Virus record (IMG/VR): IMGVR_UViG_3300012953_000088
Location: 1 to 35,885 of that record
Length of the DNA stretch: 35,885 bases
DNA from: a virus
Lineage: Duplodnaviria > Caudoviricetes
Direction: 5' to 3' (one strand)
Shown here: positions 35,787 to 35,885 of the stretch, piece by piece
Numbering within the stretch: the first letter of the stretch is position 1
How the letters are laid out: the number at the start of each line of letters is the position of its first letter
Program-made: the position numbers and the translations under genes
The notes under the pieces: generated by a model
The model's database searches: none
What the model was told of the DNA's origin: nothing
The model's input: the letters and a program-made list of their open reading frames with translations, nothing else

Positions 35787-35885
35787 ACCCCTAGGGGGGC
35801 ACGGGCGTCCACCCCTAGGGGGGCCGGATTGGTCACCCTTAGGGGGGCCGGATTGGTCACCCTTAGGGGGGCCGGATTGGTCACC
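35787..35885. repeat. 24-bp tandem repeat x4+ (ACCCYTAGGGGGGCCGGATTGGTC), truncated by the window end
   Basis: G6 tracts start at 35794, 35818, 35842, 35866. Confidence 0.95.

Noticed and set aside
35207-35884. Minus-strand 225-aa and 90-aa repeat ORFs
   Set aside because: Open frames arise from 45-bp and 24-bp periodicity (multiples of 3); they overlap the RHH gene antisense

Overview
The window looks like a near-complete genome of a lambda-like, non-contractile-tailed dsDNA phage (siphovirus type). Essentially all credible genes are on the + strand. Gene order is: repeat-rich non-coding end; packaging and head (gpA-like terminase, gpW-like, lambda-type portal, prohead protease/scaffold, capsid); neck and tail (tail tube, frameshifting chaperone, tape measure, large repeat-containing fibre); metallophosphoesterase, HEXXH protein and XRE regulator; an early region (CsrA, GNAT, TGT/DpdA-like, RecU-like, Sak4-like, DUF669 SSB, SF2 helicase, HNH, NrS-1-like primase-polymerase/helicase); an iteron/AT-rich origin; a membrane/secreted cluster with a papain-like protease and a WCGPC thioredoxin; and an RHH gene embedded in tandem-repeat arrays. 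I could not recognise an integrase, canonical endolysin or terminase small subunit. Several proteins resemble, from memory, Planctomycetota families, so that host is inferred rather than shown. The most interesting items are (1) a protease plus thioredoxin plus membrane protein cassette that may replace a muralytic lysis module, (2) a composite repeat landscape spanning both contig ends, (3) a CsrA-binding hairpin over csrA's own ribosome-binding site behind a structured leader, and (4) an orphan DpdA/TGT-like enzyme. All assignments come from motif reading; no searches were run.
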